Shown: positions 19,139 through 30,015 of the stretch, piece after piece | Layout: each line of letters opens with the position of its first letter | Position numbering within the stretch: the stretch's first letter is position 1 | The notes under the pieces: generated by a model | Database searches by the model: none | Told to the model about the DNA's origin: nothing | What the model saw: the letters and a program-made list of their open reading frames with translations, nothing else | Assembly: GCA_963668315.1 (NCBI GenBank) | Contig: OY764216.1 | Span: 1,184,001 to 1,248,000, forward strand | Reading direction: 5' to 3' | Source: Spirochaetia bacterium | GTDB taxonomy: Bacteria > Spirochaetota > Spirochaetia > DSM-2461 | DNA: 64,000 nt | Program-made: the position numbers and the translations under genes

Positions 19139-21232
19139 ATGAAAGAGAAAAAAAGTCGAAAAATCAGTATTATCTTTTCTGTATATCTGATGATAGGATT
19201 GCTCCTGGGATTTACGGTTCTTGCCTTAGTCAGCTCAAGGATTGTGGAGCATCGTATTTTCCTTGATAAGATGGAAGAGATGGGCATTGATGTCCAGGAT
19301 GTCATAAATGACATTGAGAGTACCATCGACCTGGAAAAGACCCGGGTTGAACTCCTGACGGACAGTTATACCTTCCTTCAGGCCTATTCCAGTGGGGATA
19401 TGAACAGGGTAAATGCGTTTTTTGCCGAGCAAGTCAGGAACAACCGGTATGTGGAAAGCATTTTTATCATGAATGGGGAAGGGACTATCGTTGCCAGTAA
19501 TGTCGATGAGGCTCTGGGAAAGAGCTTGAAGGGAGCGCCCGTTGTTTCCGGTATTCTCAATAACAGAGGGAAAGCCTATGTCGATCTTTCTCTGGCCATT
19601 TCTCCTCAGTCCGGGCATATGATGCTGAGTATAGGCAAAACGGTTGATCTCAACGGCTCGGTTGCCGGCCTTCTTGTCAGCAGTATCGATCTGACCAAGT
19701 TCTCCGAGAGTCGTGTTATAAGCAAACGGTACGGCGAAGAGGGATACCCCTTTGTCTTCTCCGAAAAGGGCATAATGATCATGCATCCCGACAAGGATCG
19801 GATCCTCAAGGACTACTCCCATGACGACAACAGCAGCATCAAGGCCACCCTTGCCTCCGGGCTGGACAAGGGCTCGCTGGAGTATGTTTACAACGGGAGG
19901 TCCAAGCTGTCGGTCTATTCCAAAATGGACAGCCTTCCCTGGTATGTATCAACGACCATCTACGAGAAGGATCTCCACAGGACATCGCAGATTCTCATCA
20001 AGTACATACGCATCTTCAGTCTCATTATCTGTGCTCTGCTGGTCTTTTTTATCATCTTTCTGTTCAACCGCCTGGTGATTGGACGAATCCGCAAGCTGGA
20101 AGACGGTCTGTCTATCATCTCTTCCGGGGATCTGCGCATTCAGCTGTCCCCTACCAGGAATGATGAGATCACATCCATCTTCCGGCAGTTCAACGGCATG
20201 GTGGAGAGCTTTGTCGATTTTATGGGAAACGTAAAAAGGGGCGTTATCGTTGTCGGCCGGTCCAGTGAGGAAGTGGATAACAATGTAAAAGAGACCGTCG
20301 CCGCTATTAACGAAATAGACGGCAACATTCAGAGCGTTCAGAAGCAGATAGAGAACCAGAGTGCCAGCACCGAGCAGACTGCGGCTTCCGTGGAGGAGAT
20401 GACCCGCAATATCAGCGCTCTGGGAGTTTCCATCCACGAACAAGCGGCCAGCGTCGTACAGTCTTCCTCTGCCATCGAGCAGATGACGGCCAATATCGGC
20501 TCCATCTCACAAGTTGTGAGAAGCGCCCAGGGACAGGTTTCCCATATGAGCCAGGCCACGGAGAAGGGTAACGAGAAACTGAACCGCGTTCTCGGCCTTA
20601 TGAACGAGATCGTCAAGGAGTCGGATCAGCTGATGTCGGCCAATGAGGTTATCGCCAACATGGCGTCCCAGACAAACCTCCTGTCCATGAATGCCGCGAT
20701 CGAGGCAGCCCATGCGGGTGAAGCAGGAAGGGGATTCGCCGTTGTGGCCGAGGAGATCAGAAAGCTGGCAGAGCTTTCCTCGGAACAGTCTTCCGTCGTC
20801 AACAGCAACCTTTCTACTATCAAGGCTTCCATTGATACGGTTACCCAGGCGTCGAAGGAAACGAGCGAGGAGTTTTCCGGTATCAGAAAAGCCGTGGATC
20901 AGGTGAATACGATCTTCAGCGAAATAGAAAATTCCACCGAGGAGCTGAGCGCGGGAAGCGCGCAGATTCTGGAAGGACTGGGACGGATGAGGGAGATCAC
21001 CAGCGAAGTGCAGGTGGGATCCGACGAGATGACCGAGGGCAACAGACAGATCATAGAGGCGGTGGAGCATCTCAGGGATATTACCCTGGAGATAAATCAT
21101 GCCATTAAGGAGATCGGCCTGGGAATGGGGGAGATCAACTCTTCCATCGGCAAGATTGAGAATATGAGCAAGGATAATGTAAACGCCGTGGATGATATTA
21201 CCGTTGCCGCCAAGGCTTTCACCATAGAGTAG
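19139..21232 (+). CDS. Methyl-accepting chemotaxis protein with Cache sensor domain
   Basis: Two TM helices, Cache, HAMP and the signalling motif [35 protein letters not shown]. Start is ATG 19139 or GTG 19127. Confidence 0.95.
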   Translation: MKEKKSRKISIIFSVYLMIGLLLGFTVLALVSSRIVEHRIFLDKMEEMGIDVQDVINDIESTIDLEKTRVELLTDSYTFLQAYSSGDMNRVNAFFAEQVRNNRYVESIFIMNGEGTIVASNVDEALGKSLKGAPVVSGILNNRGKAYVDLSLAISPQSGHMMLSIGKTVDLNGSVAGLLVSSIDLTKFSESRVISKRYGEEGYPFVFSEKGIMIMHPDKDRILKDYSHDDNSSIKATLASGLDKGSLEYVYNGRSKLSVYSKMDSLPWYVSTTIYEKDLHRTSQILIKYIRIFSLIICALLVFFIIFLFNRLVIGRIRKLEDGLSIISSGDLRIQLSPTRNDEITSIFRQFNGMVESFVDFMGNVKRGVIVVGRSSEEVDNNVKETVAAINEIDGNIQSVQKQIENQSASTEQTAASVEEMTRNISALGVSIHEQAASVVQSSSAIEQMTANIGSISQVVRSAQGQVSHMSQATEKGNEKLNRVLGLMNEIVKESDQLMSANEVIANMASQTNLLSMNAAIEAAHAGEAGRGFAVVAEEIRKLAELSSEQSSVVNSNLSTIKASIDTVTQASKETSEEFSGIRKAVDQVNTIFSEIENSTEELSAGSAQILEGLGRMREITSEVQVGSDEMTEGNRQIIEAVEHLRDITLEINHAIKEIGLGMGEINSSIGKIENMSKDNVNAVDDITVAAKAFTIE

Positions 21233-21258
21233 ATTCTGTTCCGGATTCCCTATGAGTT

Positions 21259-22290
21259 TTAAGAACCGCAGCTCTCTCTTATCACTAAAGTCGGCTGGAG
21301 TTTTACATCCTTCGTTATGCCGCTTTTCCCGGAATTTATCCTATCCAGCAAATGCCGGCAGGCCAGCTGGGTCATCTGCTCGAGCGGCTGATGTACGGTC
21401 GTGAGACGAGGTTTGAAATAGGTGCTGAGTTCTATATCGTCAAATCCGACCAGGGCGATATCCTGGGGGATGCGGATGGATAATTCCATGAAAGCCTCCC
21501 TGGCACCCAGGGCAACCATGTCGTTCTGGGCGAACAGGGCCGTGGCTTTTCGGAAAATTTCTCTGTGGTTCATCACCCCGTCATAACCGGACTGAAAATA
21601 ACACCCCCCTTCCCGGATTATCAGTGATTCATCAATCTCCCTATCGTAGAAATGGTGGGCCGTCCTGTAGCCTTCCGTCCTCAGTTTATACTCCTGCCCT
21701 TCGTATTCTTCCGTGGTTATGGTGGCTATTTTTCTGTGGCCCCTTTTCAAAAGATGCTCCGTTGCCAGATAGCCACCGCGAAGATGGTCGGTATAGACTT
21801 TGTCCACCCCTTCGAAGTCGGGATCGTCGGGATAATGATGGAGAAAGACATAGGGGATTCGGGAGGATTTCAAAAACAGCTTCGTATCGGAGGAGAGGGT
21901 CGTACAGGCGATAAGCAATCCATCAACTTTCTTCCCGATAATGAGTTTTTTGATATTACTGGCATCGGAAAAGCGGTTGTTGGCAAACGCGACAATCAGG
22001 TCCATATTCTCCTTTTCAAGGCTTTTCTGCAGCTGGCCGTGAAAGGTACTGAAATAGAGGTTGGAGCTGTAATCCATAAAGTCATTGGGATAGATTATGC
22101 CGATGGTGTTGGAGCGGTTGGTGATCAGGCTCCTGGCGCTGGCGTTGAATTCAAAACCCTGTTCTCCGGCGATTTTTAAAATCCTGTCCTTGGTGGATTG
22201 AGAGATCAGGGGACTGTCATTCAGGCTACGGGAAACGGTAGACTGGCTTACCCCGGCCAGCAGGGCCAGGTCTTTTGTCGTTATGGACAA
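21259..22290 (-). CDS. LacI-family transcriptional regulator
   Basis: TTKDLALLAGVSQSTVSRSLN HTH; IALVGFDD, LTTVHQP. TTG start. Confidence 0.93.
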   Translation of the reverse strand: MSITTKDLALLAGVSQSTVSRSLNDSPLISQSTKDRILKIAGEQGFEFNASARSLITNRSNTIGIIYPNDFMDYSSNLYFSTFHGQLQKSLEKENMDLIVAFANNRFSDASNIKKLIIGKKVDGLLIACTTLSSDTKLFLKSSRIPYVFLHHYPDDPDFEGVDKVYTDHLRGGYLATEHLLKRGHRKIATITTEEYEGQEYKLRTEGYRTAHHFYDREIDESLIIREGGCYFQSGYDGVMNHREIFRKATALFAQNDMVALGAREAFMELSIRIPQDIALVGFDDIELSTYFKPRLTTVHQPLEQMTQLACRHLLDRINSGKSGITKDVKLQPTLVIRESCGS

Positions 22291-22360
22291 TTTGAAGGAC
22301 TCCGGTTCTTTTTGTATTTACGATAGCATCTTTATTCATAATAATCCATCATATAAAGAA

Positions 22361-22376
22361 ATGCAACCGTATGCAT
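22361..22376. promoter_or_regulatory. LacI-type operator
   Basis: ATGCAACCGTATGCAT, matching the site at 22506-22521 at 15/16. Confidence 0.7.
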
Positions 22377-22503
22377 AGTCTCGTATTTGCGACGGGATAG
22401 TCAAAATATCCCGGAATATTTCAGATGATTGCTTTCTTTGGATGAAATAACAGCTGGAAAAAGCTTTACAGTTTAAAAAAAACGGCTTATGATGCAAAAA
22501 GTG

Positions 22504-22523
22504 CAATGCAAGCGTATGCATTG
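22504..22523. promoter_or_regulatory. LacI-type operator upstream of the iol operon
   Basis: CAATGCAAGCGTATGCATTG palindrome between the divergent LacI and iol genes. Confidence 0.75.
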
Positions 22524-22552
22524 AGAAAGTTTACGATTGTAAGGAGTCCGGG

Positions 22553-23380
22553 ATGAGGGAGGAAAGAGTAAAGTTCGCCTTGAATCATATGGTTTGTCCC
22601 CGTTTTTCATTCAAAGAGTTCTGTCATGTCGCCGTTGCCCTGGGATTAGAGGCTGTCGAATATCGTAATGATGTGGGATTTCACAGCATTGATAGTCATG
22701 AAAAGGCAAGGGAAGCGGGCACAGCCGCAAAAGATGCCGGTCTTAAGGTTCTGACGATAAATGCCCTCTCTCGTTTTAACCTCTGGGACGAAATCCGGGC
22801 GGAAGAGGCGGAAAAACTTGCCCTCCTGGCCAAAGAAGCCGGGGCTCATGCTCTGGTTCTGTGTCCCCATGTCGATGTGGAGGATGAGTCAGAGTCGAGT
22901 GAGGACGAGAGAGCTGCCGGTCTGGAGAGGGCCCTGTCCGGTCTGTCCCCCATCCTTGGGGCCCACGGGCTGAAGGGCTTCATTGAAGTGCTCGGCTTTC
23001 CTGTCTCAACCTTACGTTTTAAAAAAGATGCGGCGGCGGCAATAAGGAATGGGGGATATGAGGGCCGATTTTCTCTGCTCCATGACACCTTCCATCATAA
23101 AGGTTCGGGAGAGAAGGAATTTTATCCCGATTTGACGGGGTTGGTTCATATCTCTGGAGTGGAAGAACCGGCAGTTGGGTTTGAAGAGATGCAGGACTCC
23201 CACAGAATCCTTATCGGACCAAAGGACAGGCTGGATAACATCGGACAGATGAGGGAGTTATGCGAAAAGGGATATCAGGGATATTTCTCCTTTGAGCCCT
23301 TTTCCGAACCTGTCTGGAAATTGAAAGATCACGCCGAGGCTGTCAGGGAGAGTATACAGTATATTCTCGGGCGGCTTTAA
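22553..23380 (+). CDS. Xylose-isomerase-like TIM barrel protein (IolI-like inosose isomerase)
   Basis: VEYRND, TINAL, ALVLCP, HDTFHH, LVHISGV, SFEPFS; iol context. Confidence 0.75.
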   Translation: MREERVKFALNHMVCPRFSFKEFCHVAVALGLEAVEYRNDVGFHSIDSHEKAREAGTAAKDAGLKVLTINALSRFNLWDEIRAEEAEKLALLAKEAGAHALVLCPHVDVEDESESSEDERAAGLERALSGLSPILGAHGLKGFIEVLGFPVSTLRFKKDAAAAIRNGGYEGRFSLLHDTFHHKGSGEKEFYPDLTGLVHISGVEEPAVGFEEMQDSHRILIGPKDRLDNIGQMRELCEKGYQGYFSFEPFSEPVWKLKDHAEAVRESIQYILGRL

Positions 23381-23404
23381 TCCCAAAAAAGAGGAGAAGG
23401 ACTA

Positions 23405-24418
23405 ATGGAAAAGGAATTGAGAGTCGGACTTATCGGCACTGGTGCCATAGGGAAAACCCATATAGAGAGAATCAACAATAAATTGCAGGGCGCCAGGGTT
23501 GTCGCCGCAGCCGATGTCCATGGGGAGTACGGAAAGAAGGTCGCCGCCGATTACGGGCTTATGCCTTTTGACTCTCCCGAGGAACTGATCAATTCGGCCG
23601 ATGTGGATGCGGTCGTCGTCTGCACGGCCGATGAGCATCATGAACGGCTGGCTGTCGCTGCTATTAAAGCGGGAAAGTATGTTTTCTGTGAAAAGCCCCT
23701 GGCCCCTACCGCCGCCGGAGCGAAGAATGTGGTTGATGCGGAGATCGCCGGGGGAAAACAGCTTGTTCAGGTCGGATTCATGAGGCGCTATGATCCCGGT
23801 TACGTCCAGCTGAAAGAGATCATCGACAGCGGTCAGATCGGCGATCCCCTTATGCTGCACTGCGCCCACAGAAATCCCGATATCCCCGAGTCGATTAGCT
23901 GGGATGATTCCATGGCGGTGGAAAACTCCATGATTCACGAAATCGATGTGCTCCGCTGGCTACTCGGAGAGGATTATGAGACGGCGGAAGTCGTATTTCC
24001 CAGAAAAACGAAGAACGCCGGGGAATATCACGATCCCCAGATTATGATACTGACGACAAAATCGGGAGTACGCATTGATGTGGAATCCTTCGTAAACTGC
24101 CGTTATGCCTACGATATCCAGTGCGAAGTCGTCTGCGAGGAGGGCGTCGTTCGCTTACCCGAACCCAATAATGCCTCCATCCGCACCAACGCTTCCGTTG
24201 TGAACCCCATCTGCAAAAGCTGGTCCGAGCGGTTTGTCGACGCTTACAACCTGGAATTCCAGGCATGGATTAATGCCTGTAAAGAAGGGATCGTGGACGG
24301 GCCGACGGCCTGGGACGGGTATGTCGCCGCCATAACGGCCACTGCCGCTTCCAGAGCCCGTGTCGCTCAGAAAAAGGTTACGATTGATATGGAACAGAAG
24401 CCGGGATTTTACAAGTAG
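23405..24418 (+). CDS. iolG: myo-inositol 2-dehydrogenase (Bacillus IolG type)
   Basis: GLIGTGAIGKTHIERINNKLQGA, CEKPL, QVGFMRRYD, HCAHRNP, HEID, GPTAWDGY. Confidence 0.88.
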   Translation: MEKELRVGLIGTGAIGKTHIERINNKLQGARVVAAADVHGEYGKKVAADYGLMPFDSPEELINSADVDAVVVCTADEHHERLAVAAIKAGKYVFCEKPLAPTAAGAKNVVDAEIAGGKQLVQVGFMRRYDPGYVQLKEIIDSGQIGDPLMLHCAHRNPDIPESISWDDSMAVENSMIHEIDVLRWLLGEDYETAEVVFPRKTKNAGEYHDPQIMILTTKSGVRIDVESFVNCRYAYDIQCEVVCEEGVVRLPEPNNASIRTNASVVNPICKSWSERFVDAYNLEFQAWINACKEGIVDGPTAWDGYVAAITATAASRARVAQKKVTIDMEQKPGFYK

Positions 24419-24430
24419 GAGTATCAGGTA

Positions 24431-25372
24431 ATGGTATTGGCAACATGCACAGATGTTTTCGGCGATCTCTCCTATCCGGCTATGCTGGATAAGGTGAAAT
24501 CTTACGGCATAGATTATGTGGAAATGACTGCCGGGGGGTGGTCTCCCTGTCCCCATGTGAAAACGGCGGAGCTTCTGAATGATGAAGATAAGCTCAAGGC
24601 CTTCAAGGCGGAACTGGAAAAGAGGGATATGAAAATCGCCGCGCTGAATTGCTCGGGAAATCCCCTTATCGATACGGATATGGGAAAACATCACGCCGAG
24701 ACGGCCCGACAGACGATAGCACTGGCCGAGAAACTGGGCGTGGAAAAAATTGTGATGATGTCCGGTCTTCCCGGCGGCGCTCCGGGGGATATAACGCCCA
24801 ACTGGATTACCACGACCGTTTCCTGGCCGGATTATATGGCGGAAACCGTCCGATACCAGTGGGAAGACGTGGCTATCCCCTGGTGGAAGGAGTTCGTAAA
24901 GTATGCCGATGACCACGGGGTAAGGCAGATCGCCCTGGAGGAGTTTCCCCTGCAGCTTGTCTATAACACGGAGACCCTTATGAGGCTAAGAGACGCGGTC
25001 GGTCCTAAAATCGGCATGAATCTGGATCCCTCCCACCTTATAGCCATGGGAGCCGATCCTATCGCCGCCGCCCGGGCGACGGGAGACGCCATCTACCATA
25101 TTCACGGCAAGGACGCCCGTATCGAAAGGGGCCTGTGCGATGTAAACGGGCTTATGGAGACCAAACCGGTAACCGATAGGGCCAGCAGAACCTGGAACTA
25201 CGTGGCCGTGGGATGCGGGCAGGGGCTTCAGTGGTGGAAAGAGTTTTTCTCCGTGGTAAGGATGTGCGGATACAACGGGGTTGTCTCCCTGGAGATGGAG
25301 GATCTTACCATGAGCGTGGAAGCGGGCATGCGGACTTCCGTGGACGCCCTCCGGCAGACAATCAGTTTATAA
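24431..25372 (+). CDS. Sugar phosphate isomerase/epimerase (AP endonuclease 2 TIM barrel), iol cluster
   Basis: ALNCSGNPL, MMSGLPGG, NLDPSHL, HIHGKD, SLEMED. Confidence 0.82.
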   Translation: MVLATCTDVFGDLSYPAMLDKVKSYGIDYVEMTAGGWSPCPHVKTAELLNDEDKLKAFKAELEKRDMKIAALNCSGNPLIDTDMGKHHAETARQTIALAEKLGVEKIVMMSGLPGGAPGDITPNWITTTVSWPDYMAETVRYQWEDVAIPWWKEFVKYADDHGVRQIALEEFPLQLVYNTETLMRLRDAVGPKIGMNLDPSHLIAMGADPIAAARATGDAIYHIHGKDARIERGLCDVNGLMETKPVTDRASRTWNYVAVGCGQGLQWWKEFFSVVRMCGYNGVVSLEMEDLTMSVEAGMRTSVDALRQTISL

Positions 25373-25427
25373 TTGACGCCCTTCCCGGAATATTAACCGG
25401 AGAAGGATATATCTTGGGAGGTATAAT

Positions 25428-26324
25428 ATGAAGATAGCCTTTGATGTGGATGTTCTCGCCAGAGCCATGAATATTAACGATATGGTCCATCAGGTGGCCG
25501 ACTGGGGATACAAATACATCGAACAATCTCCCCATCCGCGGATTAATCCCTTTTACAAGCATCCTCTCTTTTCCCGGGAGACGGAGGCGGAATACAGGAA
25601 AGCCCTGAAGGATACCGGAGTGGAACTCTCCTCCTTTATTGTGGTTTACCGGTGGTCGGGGCCTACGGAACTTCAGAGGGAACATGCCGTGGCCAACTGG
25701 AAGAGAATCCTGGAGATAGCCGATTCCATGGGCGTGCGGGTCATTAATACGGAGCTGTCCGGCGATCCCCATCAGCAGGAGATCTGCAACGGTATGTGGT
25801 TCCGTTCCATGGAGGAGCTCCTCCCCCTGTTTGAGAAGTACGATATCCGGGTGGAGATTCAGTCCCATCCTTACGATTTCTGCGAACTGAACAACGAGAC
25901 CTGCGATATGGTCAAATCTTTCCGGTCCGACTATGTGAAATATGTCTATTCCGCTTCCCATGGATTTTTCTATGACGAAGGGTTAGGGGATGTGAAGAGT
26001 ATGCTCAAATATGCCGGGGACGATCTCTCCCACGTGCTTATTGCGGACACCTACAATCAAACACCCAAAGCCGGTGCCGGATTGAGGTATATCCTGAATC
26101 CTCCCGGAGTGGATGCCACTATTCATCAGCATACGCCCATGGGATTCGGGGACGTGGATTTCGAGGGGATTTTTGAAACCCTGCGCGACATGGATTTCGC
26201 CAACAGACAGTTCAAGGCTGGAGGGGATGCCATTGTCTGCGTTTCCTATTTCGGGTATCCCGAACTAATGGCCAAGGAGGCTCCGGCCGCCAGGGAGCGG
26301 ATCGAGAGGGAGTTGCTGGGGTAG
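25428..26324 (+). CDS. iolH: IolH-like sugar isomerase/epimerase
   Basis: ADWGYKYIEQSPH, PFYKHP, HPYDF, RYILNPPG, HQH; last gene of the iol operon. Confidence 0.75.
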   Translation: MKIAFDVDVLARAMNINDMVHQVADWGYKYIEQSPHPRINPFYKHPLFSRETEAEYRKALKDTGVELSSFIVVYRWSGPTELQREHAVANWKRILEIADSMGVRVINTELSGDPHQQEICNGMWFRSMEELLPLFEKYDIRVEIQSHPYDFCELNNETCDMVKSFRSDYVKYVYSASHGFFYDEGLGDVKSMLKYAGDDLSHVLIADTYNQTPKAGAGLRYILNPPGVDATIHQHTPMGFGDVDFEGIFETLRDMDFANRQFKAGGDAIVCVSYFGYPELMAKEAPAARERIERELLG

Positions 26325-26343
26325 GTTTATTTTCGTTATTTTC

Positions 26344-26469
26344 AACCACGAATTGCGCGAGGAACATGAATTTTGCGACCGTTCTGCATTCTGAATGTAA
26401 GCTGCGGTACCTTTTTTATAAACTCCAATGATTAAAAAAACTTTTGTGAAAATCGTGTGGTTCGTGGTT
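26344..26469. repeat. Short element with terminal inverted repeats of 9-bp periodicity
   Basis: AACCACGAA (26344-26352) / TTCGTGGTT (26461-26469), with degenerate internal units. Confidence 0.65.
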
Positions 26470-26471
26470 TT

Positions 26472-27446
26472 TTATTTGCCCAGACACTTCTCGGATACTT
26501 CCCTGGAAACCCTCTCTGAGTAGTCATCCCGGCTCCATCGCCCCGGTGTCCATCCCTTGAGAAAGCGGTGAAAGTCGGCCCAGGCATAGGGGAACAGTTC
26601 CCGCCAGTTCTCTTCGACACGGTCGGGATCCTGTTTTTTTCCGTAGAGCCGCAGGGCGGAACGGAAATGGGCGAAGTAGGTATCCAGCAGGGCGGGCACG
26701 TTCTCCTCGCAGCGGTCGTAAAAGAAGCAATCTCCCGCCAGATAGGCCAGATCCTTCATGCCGCATCCGCCTCCGGCGTATTGAAAATCCACCGCCGCCA
26801 CGGCGGTCCTGTCCGGTCGGAAGCAGAAATTAGCCAGTTTGGCGTCACCGTGAACGATGGTCGGGTAAGGCGTCTCTTTGAGCTTGAGGTCGATAAGGGG
26901 AGCCGCGGCCCTCAGTTTTTCGTCATTCAGTAATGCCAGCTCTTCCGGGCGGGTCTCCAGATGCCAGTAGGTGCCCGTTTTCCAGAGCCCCTCCGGCTTC
27001 TCGCCGAGAAACAGGGCGTGAAAGTGGGCCAGCCAGCCAAGGCTGAGTTCCGTTTCCGCCGGTCCGGCGTTGCGTACCCTGCCGGGATAACCGGAAGCAT
27101 CCATATCTTCCAGAACCATAACCATCTCGTCATCGCTGCCTTCGCCGCCGAAACAGCGGGGCACGGGGCACTCGGGGCGGCACAATCCGGCCCAGCTCCG
27201 GTACCAGGCGGTCTCCACGTGATAGGACCGCCGCTTCCTTTGGTCGGAGAGCGCCTCATGCGCTTCTGTACGGGGGTACTTCACATGTTTGACCACGACG
27301 CTATTTTCTCCGCATCCGGTCAGGTCGTAGCGCATTATATGGCCGTATCCGCTCCAGAGGGTCTGGATGGTCTCTCTTTTCCGGGCTTTCGAGGCGCCGG
27401 TGGAGCGGCAGATCAGAGTTTCGATATTAAGGGGAGCTCTCTTCAT
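26472..27446 (-). CDS. Phosphotransferase, APH/choline/ecdysteroid-kinase-like (DUF1679-type)
   Basis: QTLWSGYG, VVKHV, HGDAKLANF (catalytic loop), VDFQY. Confidence 0.82.
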   Translation of the reverse strand: MKRAPLNIETLICRSTGASKARKRETIQTLWSGYGHIMRYDLTGCGENSVVVKHVKYPRTEAHEALSDQRKRRSYHVETAWYRSWAGLCRPECPVPRCFGGEGSDDEMVMVLEDMDASGYPGRVRNAGPAETELSLGWLAHFHALFLGEKPEGLWKTGTYWHLETRPEELALLNDEKLRAAAPLIDLKLKETPYPTIVHGDAKLANFCFRPDRTAVAAVDFQYAGGGCGMKDLAYLAGDCFFYDRCEENVPALLDTYFAHFRSALRLYGKKQDPDRVEENWRELFPYAWADFHRFLKGWTPGRWSRDDYSERVSREVSEKCLGK

Positions 27447-28286
27447 CTAGAAGGGATACCAGAACATGCCGTCCAGGCTGAACCTGAGGCAGAGGTAAAG
27501 AACAAGGAAAAGGGCCATGAAAACAAAGGTCAGGTAGTCTCCCGCCGTCAGGGGCTTGAGATTGTACCAGGTTCGCCCCTTCATCCGGCCGAATCCCCGA
27601 AGCTCCATGGCGTTGGATATGGTATCGGTCTTGTCCAGGCTGCTGAGTATGAGAGGAATTAGGATAGTGGTGACATTTTTAAAGCGCCGGGCGAAGGAGA
27701 CGTTCTTGGAGAGGTCCACCCCGCGGGCCTGCTGGGAGTGCATGATATTCACGAAATCCTTGGTAACCTCAGGGAGATAGCGCAGGGCCAGGCTGACCGA
27801 ATAGGATATCTTGTAGGGGACTCCCAGCCGGGAAAGACTGGCGGCGAACTCCGTGGGATGGGTGGTCAGAATAAATACCAGGGCCATGGGGAAAATCGTC
27901 AGGTATTTGGAGGCCACCGTCAGGAGGTACCAGAGGGTTTCGCGGGTTACCGTGTATCGCTCGGTAATCACAAAAATAACGGTCCGGCCTCCGATATACA
28001 CCTCGCCCTGGTTGGGGGAGAAGACGAATATCCACAGGGCGTTGAAGACCACCACGAAGAGCATGAAAAACGCAAAGGGCCGGTATACCCGGAAAGGAAC
28101 GCGCGTCACGATGAGTAGAACTATGCCCATAATCAGCATGGAGCCGATAATGCGGTAGTCGAAGGTCAGGAGGGCCAGGGTTATCCAGTAAATGAAGAGG
28201 AGGAATTTGGTAACCCCGCTCAGGCGGTGAAGAGGAGATCCGGTTTCCACATAATTGAGTCCGGTGCGGATTTTACTCGCGTCCAA
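27447..28286 (-). CDS. ECF transporter transmembrane T component
   Basis: SPLHRLSG, ALRYLP, QQARG, AMELRGF. TTG start at 28286 behind GGAGG; alternative ATG at 28313. Confidence 0.9.
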   Translation of the reverse strand: MDASKIRTGLNYVETGSPLHRLSGVTKFLLFIYWITLALLTFDYRIIGSMLIMGIVLLIVTRVPFRVYRPFAFFMLFVVVFNALWIFVFSPNQGEVYIGGRTVIFVITERYTVTRETLWYLLTVASKYLTIFPMALVFILTTHPTEFAASLSRLGVPYKISYSVSLALRYLPEVTKDFVNIMHSQQARGVDLSKNVSFARRFKNVTTILIPLILSSLDKTDTISNAMELRGFGRMKGRTWYNLKPLTAGDYLTFVFMALFLVLYLCLRFSLDGMFWYPF

Positions 28287-30006
28287 GGGCGGCCTCCCTC
28301 TGTTTTCTGTCATGGGCGATAAAGCGGTTGATGAAGTCCTCCGGATTCTGTCCTTCCAGTCGGCCGGCCAGTTCGAAGAGGCTGGTCTCCTTCAGATTGG
28401 CCCGTTTGATGACGTCCCGGTCTGAGAAAACATGGGCGATGGAGCTGTCGCAGATCAGTTCGCCTTCGGAAAGGACTACCGCCCGGTCGGTATACTCCAG
28501 GGCCAGGTGCATGTCGTGGGTCACCATCATGATGGTGATATTCCTTTCCCGGTTCAGTTTCTCCAGAAACCCCATGATCTCCGTATAGTGGCGGAAGTCC
28601 TGTCCCGCCGTGGGCTCGTCCAGAATGAGGAGTTCCGGCTCCATGACCAGGATGGAGGCGATGGTCACCCGCTTTCTCTGGCCGTAGCTCAATGCCCGGA
28701 TGGGCCAGTTACGGAAGGGATAGAGGCCGCAGAGTTTCAGTACATCGTCTACCCGGCGGTCGATCTCTTTCTCTTCTACGCCCCGCAGCACGAGGCCGAA
28801 GGCCACTTCCTCCCGGATGAGCGAGTGGGATATCATGTGGTTCGGATTCTGCATGACGAAACCGATGGAGAGGCTGCGCTGATTGACCGGCTGGTCCAGC
28901 AGATTCTCCCCTTTGAAAACAAGCCCGCCCTTGTCGGGAGAAATCACGCCCATAATCAGCTTGGACAGGGTGGATTTTCCCGCCCCGTTTTTCCCCAGCA
29001 CCGAAAGCATCTCTCCCCGGGCAACAGAAAAGCTAATATCCTTCAATACGGACTGACTGCCGTCGTAGCTGTAGGATAAACCGTTTATCTCCAGAAGGGG
29101 ATCTCCTTTTTTCCGCGGAACCGGAACGGATTTTTCATCCATCCAGGAGGCGAGGGCGGGAGCCAGATCTTCCAGGTTAATCTCTTCCAGGGAGGAGGGA
29201 CGGCGAATCGATTCGGCCGGGCAGCCGGCGTATTTCAGAGCCGTGAGGTAGAGGGGTTCGCGGATGCCTTTTTCAATCAGGAGGGAACCGGAGAGCAGTT
29301 CGTCCGAAGGGGAGTCGGACACGATGCGGCCCTTCTCCATCAGGATGATCCGGTCCACGGGACGGTGCAGGACATCTTCCAGGCGGTGTTCGATAATGAT
29401 GACCGTTTTACCCGTTTTCTTCTGGATCTCGTCGATCAGCTCGATGGCGAGCCTTCCGGTCTGGGGATCCAGATTGGCCAGGGGCTCGTCGAAGAGGAGG
29501 CACTCCACATCATCCACCATGACGCCCGCCAGGGACACACGCTGTTTCTGTCCTCCCGAAAGTTCGAAGGGCGCCTGGGAAAGGAACGCTTCCATATCCA
29601 CCATCTCGGCGGTTCTGTTCACGGTCTCTTTCATCTCGGGCAGGGACACGCAGCTGTTCTCCAGGGCGAAGGCGATATCTTCGGCAACGCTCAGGCCCAC
29701 GAACTGGCAGTCCGTATCCTGGAGTACCGTTCCCACAATCTGGCTGATGGGAAACAGTCCGGTATGCCTCGTTTCCTTGCCCTTTATCTGAGCCGAACCG
29801 GTCATTTTCCCCTTGAAGGAGAAGGGTATCAGACCGTTCAGACAGCTGCCCAGGGTGCTTTTCCCGCTGCCGCTGGGCCCTACTATCAGGATTTTTTCGC
29901 CCCGGTGAACCGTCAGGTTGATTTCGTGGAGAGTCGGAGCGTTCTGAGACCGGTATTGAAAGGAAAAATCCTTAAACCCTATGAGAGGTTCGGCTGTCTT
30001 AATCAA
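28273..30006 (-). CDS. ECF transporter duplicated ATPase (A-A' fusion)
   Basis: GPSGSGKST, LSGGQKQR, GKNGAGKST, LSYGQRKR. Confidence 0.92.
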   Translation of the reverse strand: MIKTAEPLIGFKDFSFQYRSQNAPTLHEINLTVHRGEKILIVGPSGSGKSTLGSCLNGLIPFSFKGKMTGSAQIKGKETRHTGLFPISQIVGTVLQDTDCQFVGLSVAEDIAFALENSCVSLPEMKETVNRTAEMVDMEAFLSQAPFELSGGQKQRVSLAGVMVDDVECLLFDEPLANLDPQTGRLAIELIDEIQKKTGKTVIIIEHRLEDVLHRPVDRIILMEKGRIVSDSPSDELLSGSLLIEKGIREPLYLTALKYAGCPAESIRRPSSLEEINLEDLAPALASWMDEKSVPVPRKKGDPLLEINGLSYSYDGSQSVLKDISFSVARGEMLSVLGKNGAGKSTLSKLIMGVISPDKGGLVFKGENLLDQPVNQRSLSIGFVMQNPNHMISHSLIREEVAFGLVLRGVEEKEIDRRVDDVLKLCGLYPFRNWPIRALSYGQRKRVTIASILVMEPELLILDEPTAGQDFRHYTEIMGFLEKLNRERNITIMMVTHDMHLALEYTDRAVVLSEGELICDSSIAHVFSDRDVIKRANLKETSLFELAGRLEGQNPEDFINRFIAHDRKQREAALGRE

Positions 30007-30015
30007 AGGGTAACC

